Shown piece by piece: positions 38,172 to 46,378 of a stretch of 64,000 nt of DNA. The notes beneath the pieces are model-generated. The model was given only the letters and a program-made list of their open reading frames with translations. It was not told where the DNA came from and ran no database searches. The position numbers and the translations under genes were made by a program. Every line of letters starts with the position of its first letter. Position 1 is the first letter of the stretch. The stretch is from Vampirovibrionaceae bacterium NZW_1234 (lineage in GTDB: Bacteria > Cyanobacteriota > Vampirovibrionia > Vampirovibrionales > JAGQHJ01): the NCBI GenBank assembly GCA_041697335.1, contig JBGUGD010000016.1:148267-212266 (forward strand), written 5' to 3'.

Positions 38172-39275
38172 CTAAGCCTCAAACTGCCGAAGCTTTTCAT
38201 TGGTAGCACTTGTGAAGAGATCGTCATTGATAGTGTAATAATCGTTGACGGTTAGACCTGGAGCAAGGGCCCCTTCACCGGTTCGTTGATTGACTTTGGC
38301 CGGATCAATATCCTTAAAGACGATCGATCCGAGCAACCCTTCAGGCGGTTTATCAGGATCATAGCCTTCGGGAGCTTTAACACTGACATCAAAGTAATGT
38401 TTTCCGGCCGCAATCGTTCGCTTGATATCGCCATCAAAGACATCGGTATCATAGACCATGGTTGCGGTTTCTTTATCCCATTTAACGGAATCATTACCAT
38501 CGGTATACACTTCATCATCCTGAAGTTCACGAACCACCTGGCCATCGTTATCAACCAAGACAGGTTTTTCGTCTATCCATTTGATGCGTGAGTTACCGAT
38601 ACGAACACCAATTTCTGCATAAACAGTTGGGTCTGGCTTTCCAGCACCACCATCGGCCCATTTGCCGAGCTTACCGTTAATCAGAATGTCATCGGTATCA
38701 ACAATACTGGTGGTTTTTCCGGCCGGTGGGTGAATATCCACTGTTTTACCGTTTGCCAGGACAAAGTGGGGATCACCCCATACTTTACCACCTTTACCCT
38801 TATCGATGGGCGGTTTTGGTTTCGGCGGCGGTGGTGGCGGCGGTGGTGGCGGCGGCGGTGGCGGGGGGGGTGGGGTCGGAACCGGCGGTTGAGGAACCGG
38901 CGGTGGACAAGGACAATAATCGTCATACTTAGAGTTATTGGCCTTTTTACCTTTAAAAATTTGCATTAATAACATCATCAACATAAACCCTTGGATACCA
39001 TCACCACCAAAACCGAAGTCTTGGCTGGATTCCACAGAAGGGTTGACGCCACCGATGGAACTGCCAAAGGCAGCACCACCAATAGCACCTAAGGGCTGAT
39101 TGATAAACGTCACAGGGCTGCCACCCAATCCAAAGGTCGAACCAATGATGGGCCCAGATGAGATTAAATTATCCAATCCACCGTTCCACGAAGGTCTTGG
39201 CTGGGGCGCAAATGACATTGCGGATTGCAAGCCCGACTGCAAGCCAGATTGTAAAAATGGAAACAGACTATTCAT
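38172..39275 (-). CDS. Protein with Met-rich helix, polyproline tract and C-terminal WGDPH (VWD-like) domain
   Basis: GFMLMMLLMQIF, CPCPPP followed by a long Pro run, GKVWGDPHF...GLLG. Confidence 0.85.
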   Translation of the reverse strand: MNSLFPFLQSGLQSGLQSAMSFAPQPRPSWNGGLDNLISSGPIIGSTFGLGGSPVTFINQPLGAIGGAAFGSSIGGVNPSVESSQDFGFGGDGIQGFMLMMLLMQIFKGKKANNSKYDDYCPCPPPVPQPPVPTPPPPPPPPPPPPPPPPPKPKPPIDKGKGGKVWGDPHFVLANGKTVDIHPPAGKTTSIVDTDDILINGKLGKWADGGAGKPDPTVYAEIGVRIGNSRIKWIDEKPVLVDNDGQVVRELQDDEVYTDGNDSVKWDKETATMVYDTDVFDGDIKRTIAAGKHYFDVSVKAPEGYDPDKPPEGLLGSIVFKDIDPAKVNQRTGEGALAPGLTVNDYYTINDDLFTSATNEKLRQFEA

Positions 39276-39279
39276 AGGG

Positions 39280-39387
39280 CGAAACTCCTAACTCTACGGG
39301 AAAACACATCACGAAATGAGAGACTTACATACAAATATAAAAACAACCATTTGAACGCGCTGTGACAGATTGTTTCCAAATGTTAAT
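39280..39387 (-). promoter_or_regulatory. Shared leader/promoter module, copy 3
   Basis: CGAAACTCCTAACTCTACG 39280-39298, ATAAAAACAA 39337-39346, AATGTTAAT 39379-39387. Confidence 0.65.
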
Positions 39388-39505
39388 AATTTCTTAAATT
39401 CTCGCCAGAAGTATGTCTGCTCTGTCGGGGGCGACTCATTTGCCTTTCAACACCTATCAGCCTTGAACCAAAAGGAATTGACACTCTTCTCCCAGATCTG
39501 TAGGG

Positions 39506-39913
39506 CTAGCGTGAGCATACAAACTGGTGCCACTCCAGCATCTTGGACCAAGGGTCGACACCGGATGCATGGGTCTGGTGATGGACCAAACCAAGTTGCT
39601 TGCCTTGTGCGTCTAAAACGATGCTGTAAAGCGGTTTATAAATCCCGTTTCGGCAGTCTTCAACTGCAAAGGTCTGAACCGAATCGACCTGTTGGCCGAA
39701 TTGCTGACGAAAGCCATCAGACTCTGAAGTCACCATGGCTTTTTTCCAGTAATAGAGCAGCTCTTTTTCCTTTCGTAAACTTTGGAGATCCAGAAAATGA
39801 ACCTCGCTCGGATCTCCCAAATCAACTAAAAACCACTGCGCAGCTACGGCGAAGCTACTCAACATCACCCCAATAAGCGCCACCGCAAAGATGATCACGC
39901 GCACCGATACCAC
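39506..39913 (-). CDS. Small exported protein (surface-adhesin-E-like)
   Basis: Signal peptide, then W...FLDLQSL...YW...DC...YSxVLDAQG pattern. Confidence 0.55.
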   Translation of the reverse strand: MVSVRVIIFAVALIGVMLSSFAVAAQWFLVDLGDPSEVHFLDLQSLRKEKELLYYWKKAMVTSESDGFRQQFGQQVDSVQTFAVEDCRNGIYKPLYSIVLDAQGKQLGLVHHQTHASGVDPWSKMLEWHQFVCSR

Positions 39914-40009
39914 ATCTCCTCCGTTTCGTCATCAACTCGTCTTCGTTTATTCTAACAGGAGCGAACAATAAAAATGGCCTACAGACCTGCTGTAAGCCGA
40001 ATCAAAAAT

Positions 40010-40082
<73 letters not shown>

Positions 40083-40138
40083 CTATCAAAGTGTTCCCAT
40101 TATAGTGGGAGATGATGAGGACGTCAAAACGTAGCCCA

Positions 40139-40624
40139 TCAATGGGTCTCATGCCCTTTTTGCTGGGTCAGGACAGACGTCATCATCGCCTCATAATGCT
40201 CAGGGTTGGTATCGTTCTCCAGCATGGCCAATGGCATACCATTTAACGTGTTCAGCACCGCAACCAAGCCAGGTCGGTCCAAATGACGTTTGACAAAAGC
40301 ACCACAGTTATAGGCCTGTGCCGTTCGCTGAGCATACTCTCGATCATGGCGGTTGGAGATATCCAGCGTTAAAAACCGAATACGGCGCTTATACTTCATT
40401 TTCAGGTCTTGGATAATCTGGTGAATATCACGGCAAGCTTCACAATCTGAAGCCGTCAACTCAATCACCACAATGCGAAGCTGCTTTCTTGGCATAGAAT
40501 GCTCGGAAGGTTGGGATTGGCAACCCGTGAACACCAGCCCCAGACACCATAGCAATAAAACGCCCAGAAGAATCAAGGCCCATGATTGATGCTGTGACCG
40601 GTGTTGCTTTCGTCGAAGCCACAT
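40139..40624 (-). CDS. Thioredoxin-fold protein, probable lipoprotein
   Basis: Hydrophobic N-terminus ending FTGC; ASDCEAC CxxC. Confidence 0.75.
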   Translation of the reverse strand: MWLRRKQHRSQHQSWALILLGVLLLWCLGLVFTGCQSQPSEHSMPRKQLRIVVIELTASDCEACRDIHQIIQDLKMKYKRRIRFLTLDISNRHDREYAQRTAQAYNCGAFVKRHLDRPGLVAVLNTLNGMPLAMLENDTNPEHYEAMMTSVLTQQKGHETH

Positions 40625-40789
40625 GGTGTTACCCTCTTTGCTGCCTCTTGCTTGATGAGAATGATTCTATCGTAGGACAGCCTCCATGTTTACGATAAAT
40701 GTCATAATCAAACCGGTCTTTTTCACGGCAACCTCCTGCGAATCGGGGTTTCCCCCAACCGAAAACTTGACTACAATAAACCTCAGTGG

Positions 40790-42016
40790 ATGGTTAAACA
40801 CACGGATAAAGTCGAGTTTGTTATAATGAGCCCGCCAGAAAATACGCTACTGACTGAAATCTTGTCACAGCCACATTGCCTGAGACAGCTTTTGGCCGGA
40901 TTTCCTGGACATTTTGACCATATCAACCTGCCTGGCTACTTTACACAAAAACTCATCGGTATTGGGGAAGGCTCCAGTTATAACGCCCTGAAAATTGCAG
41001 CCCCTTTTATTGAAGAATTTACTGGGCTCAACAACTTTACGTTCGATCCGGAATCGTTGGAAAACAAATTCGAAGTCGCAGACTTCGTGAATCATCCCAT
41101 TAAGCGGCTTTTTGAGCGAAGTTATTTCCTGACCGTCAGCCAATCCGGCCAAACCGGCAGTATCTTGTCAATATTGTCGAGCTTACAGAAATGCCTGGGC
41201 TTTTCCGACAAGTATTCTCCCTTGATTTCCTTTACCAACAACCCGGAAGGTACCTTGGCCCAGCGCTTTGGAAACCATTTCTATCTCGAAGCAGGCAAGG
41301 AAGAATCCATAGCAGCTACAAAGTCCATGACTGCCTCCATCATGGCACTGCTTCTTTTTGGCTTAAAACTTGGGCAAAAACGCTCCTGGCTACGCCGTGG
41401 TGTCTACCAAACTCTCTTAAGCACCTTTGAAGAGATTCCCGATCAGCTCGAAGCATTCTTACAAGACCTGGCCATGCGGGACAAGATTGATGCCTTTGCT
41501 GGTCGCCTGTGCGATACAAATCAATTTGTCATCTTGTCTCGAGGACCTATGGCCTCGATTCTGCCGGAAATCGGCCTGAAGTTAACCGAAACCTCTCGCA
41601 ATATCGTCTGGACGGATAATACGGAGAGCTTTAAACACGGACGTAAAGTTATCCTACACGGGGTTAAAGGGGTTCGACCCAATTGTCTGTACCTCATTCC
41701 GCCCAACCTGCCAACCCAAACCGCCGATCGGCTGTTCCAGGATATCTATTCTCACTTTTATTCCACCGATGATGAAGCTCTGTTTAGCACCGACGGGGTG
41801 TTTTTTACGATGTTCGAGAACAGCCCCCCCTTGCCCGAATCACTCAAGAAAGCCTTGAACCTGGCTGAAGAAGACATCCTGGTCCTGCCTCAAAGCCAAG
41901 GGATTGCCAGCTTGTTTCTGGGGCTCATTGCCTTTCAGCTGATATGCTATTATCTGGCCTTGGCCAAAGGGGAAGACCCCAATAATCCGGCCCTTCAAAA
42001 AGCCGTTACTCGCTAG
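40790..42016 (+). CDS. SIS-domain sugar-phosphate isomerase/deaminase (GlmS C-terminal-like, no glutaminase domain)
   Basis: GEGSS, SQSGQT, AGKEESIAATKS, KLTET, FKHG, DPNNPALQKAVT. Confidence 0.85.
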   Translation: MVKHTDKVEFVIMSPPENTLLTEILSQPHCLRQLLAGFPGHFDHINLPGYFTQKLIGIGEGSSYNALKIAAPFIEEFTGLNNFTFDPESLENKFEVADFVNHPIKRLFERSYFLTVSQSGQTGSILSILSSLQKCLGFSDKYSPLISFTNNPEGTLAQRFGNHFYLEAGKEESIAATKSMTASIMALLLFGLKLGQKRSWLRRGVYQTLLSTFEEIPDQLEAFLQDLAMRDKIDAFAGRLCDTNQFVILSRGPMASILPEIGLKLTETSRNIVWTDNTESFKHGRKVILHGVKGVRPNCLYLIPPNLPTQTADRLFQDIYSHFYSTDDEALFSTDGVFFTMFENSPPLPESLKKALNLAEEDILVLPQSQGIASLFLGLIAFQLICYYLALAKGEDPNNPALQKAVTR

Positions 42017-42089
42017 ACTTTTGCGTTCGAAGGGCATATTAAGTAAAATGCCCATAGGACAAACTCAGATCCGAGAAAGGAGTTTTTTG

Positions 42090-42464
42090 ATGACAACACC
42101 CTCCTCGACCCGCCGTGGAAAAACCTTTCAAGACTTAGTTCAGGACGCAAAAAGCCGAATCCAAGAAGTGACGGTTGAGCAACTCAAACAATGGCAAGCG
42201 CAAGGCAAAGCTATTGCCCTGATTGATGTTCGTGAGCCCAATGACTTTGAAGCCGGACATATTCCTGGGGCCATCAATGTTCCTCGCGGCCTTTTAGAAC
42301 TGGACATTGACGAGGTGGTTCCCGATCAGGATGCGGTTGTCGTGGCGTATTGTGGCGGCGGCAGCCGATCGGCCCTGTCCGCAGACACCCTCCAGGTGAT
42401 GGGGTACGCCCAAGTATACTCCCTGGCCCAAGGTTGGCGGGGTTGGAAACAGGCTCAAGGGTAA
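42090..42464 (+). CDS. Rhodanese-domain protein
   Basis: IDVRE, GHIPGA, YCGGGSRS. Confidence 0.92.
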   Translation: MTTPSSTRRGKTFQDLVQDAKSRIQEVTVEQLKQWQAQGKAIALIDVREPNDFEAGHIPGAINVPRGLLELDIDEVVPDQDAVVVAYCGGGSRSALSADTLQVMGYAQVYSLAQGWRGWKQAQG

Positions 42465-43162
42465 TGTCAGAAACACTTGTCACGGTCCAGGACACCTTTG
42501 ATCAGTGGGCGCTTGAAGGGCAAGATGCTCGTATGGAGCAGGGTCACTGGCCAACTGCCAGTCAGCTTATAAAGTGCCTGGACATCAAACCGGGCCAATG
42601 GGTTCTGGACATTGGTTGTGGCAACGGCTATGTCATTCAGTGGGCCTCTGAACAGGTTGGCTCCCAGGGTCGGGCCGTAGGGATCGATATCTCTCCGACC
42701 ATGGCGGCCCATGCCAAATTGAAACTGAAAGAGACAACCAACACCAGCATTATGGTGGCCGATGTGCAAAATATGCCCTTTGCACCGGAATCGTTTCATC
42801 ATGTTGTCTCGGTGGAATGCCTGTATTACACCTCGGATGTTCTTTCTGCTCTTCAAAAGATTGAATTCATTATGGCTTCGGGCGGTCAGTTGGCGGTAAT
42901 GGTGGACTTTTACAAGGACAACCCCTATTGCGCTACCTGGCCCGAGCTCTTGGGACTGCCGATGGCAGCCTATTCAGAAGCAGAATATCGAGATCTCTTT
43001 GAAGCCGCTGGATTTTCACAGGTTGAAACCAAGCGCCTATACAACCCAACACCTGTCGATGCATCGAGTTTTACCCCAGGCTGGGGTTTTAACTCCGTCT
43101 CGGATGTAGAACACTTTCGCCAGCAGGTGGGTTCCTTGGCCATTCTGGGGCGTAAACCTTAA
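42464..43162 (+). CDS. Class I SAM-dependent methyltransferase
   Basis: VLDIGCGNG, GIDIS; TAATG coupling with the rhodanese stop. Confidence 0.9.
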   Translation: MSETLVTVQDTFDQWALEGQDARMEQGHWPTASQLIKCLDIKPGQWVLDIGCGNGYVIQWASEQVGSQGRAVGIDISPTMAAHAKLKLKETTNTSIMVADVQNMPFAPESFHHVVSVECLYYTSDVLSALQKIEFIMASGGQLAVMVDFYKDNPYCATWPELLGLPMAAYSEAEYRDLFEAAGFSQVETKRLYNPTPVDASSFTPGWGFNSVSDVEHFRQQVGSLAILGRKP

Positions 43163-43172
43163 TCGCTTGAAG

Positions 43173-44924
43173 TTATTGCGAATCGATTAATGCCATGGGG
43201 TGTACCGGCCAATCGTCCCCTAAGGAGGCTTGGCATTGCATTACATAGGCTTGAATCTCTCGGGTTAACTCGGAAAAAGGACGGGTTAAATCCCACATGG
43301 TAACCGTATCATCTCGGTCAGGATTACGAAGCCAGGAGGCAATGATGCGAATCTCCTCCAACTCCCGCTGGTGAATGATGTCGCGTTTGGTTTCGGCAGA
43401 AGCTGAAAGCATCCGCTGGATCATGGCCACTCGTTCGGTAATGCTGTCCACATCATCGGTTCTCGGGTCAAAGACCTGCTTTTGGATCGGTCGCCCTTTA
43501 TAGACATACAACAACAATGACCGAGGCGGATCTCGATCGGGCAAAGCCAAGAGCATATGATTTTGGTGAACGGCTTGGGCCAGAAAACGGGTATTGCTCT
43601 GGAGTTTTAGCAAATCCAAGAGACGATCATGAATTTGCTGGGCCTTTTCAAAAGCCATTTCTGCAGAATAAGCCTCTCGTTTGGCAATCATTTTTGCCGT
43701 CAGTTCCGATACCCGCCCCTCCAGAAAATTGACGATCTCCTGTACCTGGGCATGGTAGTCTTCAATCGAAATTAGACTGGCACAAGGGCCGGTGCAAGTG
43801 CCAATTTGATAGGCCATACACGGCACCCCTTTATTTTGGTGGGTATGAAACACTTTGTCAGAACACGCGCGGAGCTGAAACACCTTGCACAAGGCTTCCA
43901 CCATCGTGGCCAGGTGACGCTTGCGCTGATAGGGGCCAAAATAGAGCGCGTCATCGTTTTCAATGTCATAGGTCACGCTTAAGCGGGGGTAAGGTTCTTG
44001 CAGAGTAATCTTTAAAAAGGGAAACGTGCGATAATTCTTAATTTGGCGGTTGTAATAGGGTTGATGGGCCTTAATCAGATGGGCTTCTTCCAACAACGCT
44101 TCCAATTCCGAACCCAGAATACGGGTTTCGATGTCCGTCACCTGTTGCATCAGCTCCTGAACCTTCGCCGGCTGGTTCTGAAACCCCGTAAAATAGCTCT
44201 TTAAACGTTTTCTCAGGTTTTTGGCTTTACCAATGTACAAAATCTCCCCTTGGTCATCGCGCATCAGGTAAACACCCGGTTGCTGAGATACACTGGAAAT
44301 GCGGTGTTCGGGATAAGGGATCTTGTAGCTGCCGTATTTCTTACTACCGCGCTGGTGATAGTTCATCAGACGGCCCATGGTGGTAATGCCTTCCTCTTCC
44401 AGCATGGCCAAAAATGCAATCAGAATCTGTGCCGTTGCCTCGGCATCCCCTAAGGCCCTGTGTCTGTCGTGAATGGTAATGCCAAAATGATCGGACACGG
44501 AGTCCAGATTCTTGCGCTTCAGCGTGGGCAACAGTTTGCGTGCCAGACGACAGGTACACAACTGTGGGTTCGACAATTCATCTCCCAACAGGGACTTGGT
44601 CACCGTGTTCAAGAACTTAAAATCAAAGGGCACATGATGGGCCACAAAGACCCCATCCCCCAAAAAATCCCAGAATGCCGGCATCACCTGATCAATGGTC
44701 GGGGCATCGGCCACCATGTCCGGCCGAATACCGGTTAACTCCTGAATAAACGGCGGAATTGGCTGCTGTGGGTTTACCAGCTGTTGAAATCGCTCGGTAA
44801 TTTGGCCATTTTGGACACGAATGGCGGCAATTTCCGTAATGGCATCGCGTCCAGGCACACTGCCGGTGGTTTCGATATCCACCACCACAAACGTCATTTC
44901 AGCTATGGGAATTGCGGTGCCCAT
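43173..44924 (-). CDS. DEDDh (DnaQ-like) exonuclease fused to a UvrC/Cho-like GIY-YIG nuclease
   Basis: VDIETTG, HRALGDA, PGVY...LYIGKAKNLRKR, Cys cluster, UVR motif. Confidence 0.9.
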   Translation of the reverse strand: MGTAIPIAEMTFVVVDIETTGSVPGRDAITEIAAIRVQNGQITERFQQLVNPQQPIPPFIQELTGIRPDMVADAPTIDQVMPAFWDFLGDGVFVAHHVPFDFKFLNTVTKSLLGDELSNPQLCTCRLARKLLPTLKRKNLDSVSDHFGITIHDRHRALGDAEATAQILIAFLAMLEEEGITTMGRLMNYHQRGSKKYGSYKIPYPEHRISSVSQQPGVYLMRDDQGEILYIGKAKNLRKRLKSYFTGFQNQPAKVQELMQQVTDIETRILGSELEALLEEAHLIKAHQPYYNRQIKNYRTFPFLKITLQEPYPRLSVTYDIENDDALYFGPYQRKRHLATMVEALCKVFQLRACSDKVFHTHQNKGVPCMAYQIGTCTGPCASLISIEDYHAQVQEIVNFLEGRVSELTAKMIAKREAYSAEMAFEKAQQIHDRLLDLLKLQSNTRFLAQAVHQNHMLLALPDRDPPRSLLLYVYKGRPIQKQVFDPRTDDVDSITERVAMIQRMLSASAETKRDIIHQRELEEIRIIASWLRNPDRDDTVTMWDLTRPFSELTREIQAYVMQCQASLGDDWPVHPMALIDSQ

Positions 44925-45123
44925 CCGATTGCAACTGCCACTTCCTCCCCGTCAATCAACAGGGTCCACCATCAGACGCTCGAACGTTTATTCTAGCTTT
45001 TCTCATCATACCGTGTCTTCCCAAAAAAGAAAACGACACCGCGACTCTCAAACTAGCACGGCTCCGTTTCTTTGTGGTATTGAGTATCCAATGCCCTAAA
45101 CGCTATTAGGAAAGGATCACCTG

Positions 45124-45477
45124 ATGCCAAAACTCACGGTCTACCAGAAAAAAACCTGCATCACCTGTAAAAAAGCGATGACCTACCTGGACGATTTGGG
45201 TGTGCCCTATGACGCCAAAGACATTGTCACGGAGCCACCCAGTCGCCCTTTGCTGGAAGCCGCTGTTGATGAGAACAATCTGAAAGCGGCGATGAACAGT
45301 CGCAGCGCCATCTACAAGGAAAAGAACCTGGGCAAGGCAACATTGAGCAAAGCCCAGCTCATCGATCTGATGCTCGCCGATCCGAACCTGATAAAGCGGC
45401 CTCTGATCGTAAACGATACGAAAAAACCGTATTTGGGCTTTGATGCCGATACCTTGAAAGCGTACTTAAAAAACTAA
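45124..45477 (+). CDS. ArsC/Spx-family protein
   Basis: CITCKKA, PNLIKRP. Confidence 0.9.
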   Translation: MPKLTVYQKKTCITCKKAMTYLDDLGVPYDAKDIVTEPPSRPLLEAAVDENNLKAAMNSRSAIYKEKNLGKATLSKAQLIDLMLADPNLIKRPLIVNDTKKPYLGFDADTLKAYLKN

Positions 45478-45490
45478 GACAATAATGGGC

Positions 45491-46378
45491 TTACGCCAAG
45501 CCCTCTAATTGAGGCTTATTCTGAGCAATGGCTCTCGGGTTGGAGCCCCAGCCCAGCTTGCGCTTGAGGATCGCATAAAAACTATCGGCTTCATTGGGGA
45601 AGGTTATCAGCTGAATCCGATGGGACGACTTAAACAGCGTAAACCGCTCACCCGGAGCCAACGTAAACGCATCATCGCCATCCACGGCACACACCAAGTC
45701 AGAATCATTGGTTGGCGCAGAGGCCAGCGTCAATTCCCGATTCGCTGGCAGCACCAGGGGCTTTGCCGACAAGCTATGAGGGCAGATGGGTGTAATAGCC
45801 ACCACATCGGCCAAGGGATCCATAATCGGGCCTCCGGCAGACAAATTATAGGCAGTCGAACCTGTCGGCGTAGCGACAATAACGCCGTCGGCATCATAGG
45901 TCGCAAGCAGTTGAGAGCCCACGTAAACATTGACGGTTGCAAGCCGGCTGGGATTGCTGTTCTTTAACACCACGTCGTTCAAGGCCAACTGATCATCGCC
46001 CCCAACGGCCAGCATCATCCGAGACTCCAAGCACACGTCCCCGGCCAGGATGGCGTTCAAACAATCGTCAATCCGGTTGGCCTCAATGCGTGTTAAAAAC
46101 CCAAGATGCCCGGTGTTAACTCCCACCAGAGGAACCTGATCGGAGGCAAAACATCGGACGGTTCTCAAAAAAGTCCCATCGCCTCCGAGAACAATGATCA
46201 GATCGGGTTTATCGCCTTGGGGAGCAAGCACCGTACACGTCCGAGACGGCAGCACAACGGTTTCCAAAGCAATGCCATGGTGGGCAAAGAAAAGCTCCAC
46301 CTGGGATCGAAGCCGATTCTCGGGATCCGTTTCCTGATTCTGAACCAACAAGACTTTGTTCTTCACGGAAAAATCCAT
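45491..46378 (-). CDS. nadK: NAD(+) kinase
   Basis: GGDGT, GHLGFL, TPTGSTAYNLSAGGP. Confidence 0.95.
   Translation of the reverse strand: MDFSVKNKVLLVQNQETDPENRLRSQVELFFAHHGIALETVVLPSRTCTVLAPQGDKPDLIIVLGGDGTFLRTVRCFASDQVPLVGVNTGHLGFLTRIEANRIDDCLNAILAGDVCLESRMMLAVGGDDQLALNDVVLKNSNPSRLATVNVYVGSQLLATYDADGVIVATPTGSTAYNLSAGGPIMDPLADVVAITPICPHSLSAKPLVLPANRELTLASAPTNDSDLVCAVDGDDAFTLAPGERFTLFKSSHRIQLITFPNEADSFYAILKRKLGWGSNPRAIAQNKPQLEGLA

Noticed and set aside
39370..39876. 168-aa plus-strand ORF
   Set aside because: Overlaps a better-supported signal-peptide ORF on the minus strand and looks random
40790..42016. glmS
   Set aside because: Lacks the N-terminal glutamine amidotransferase domain
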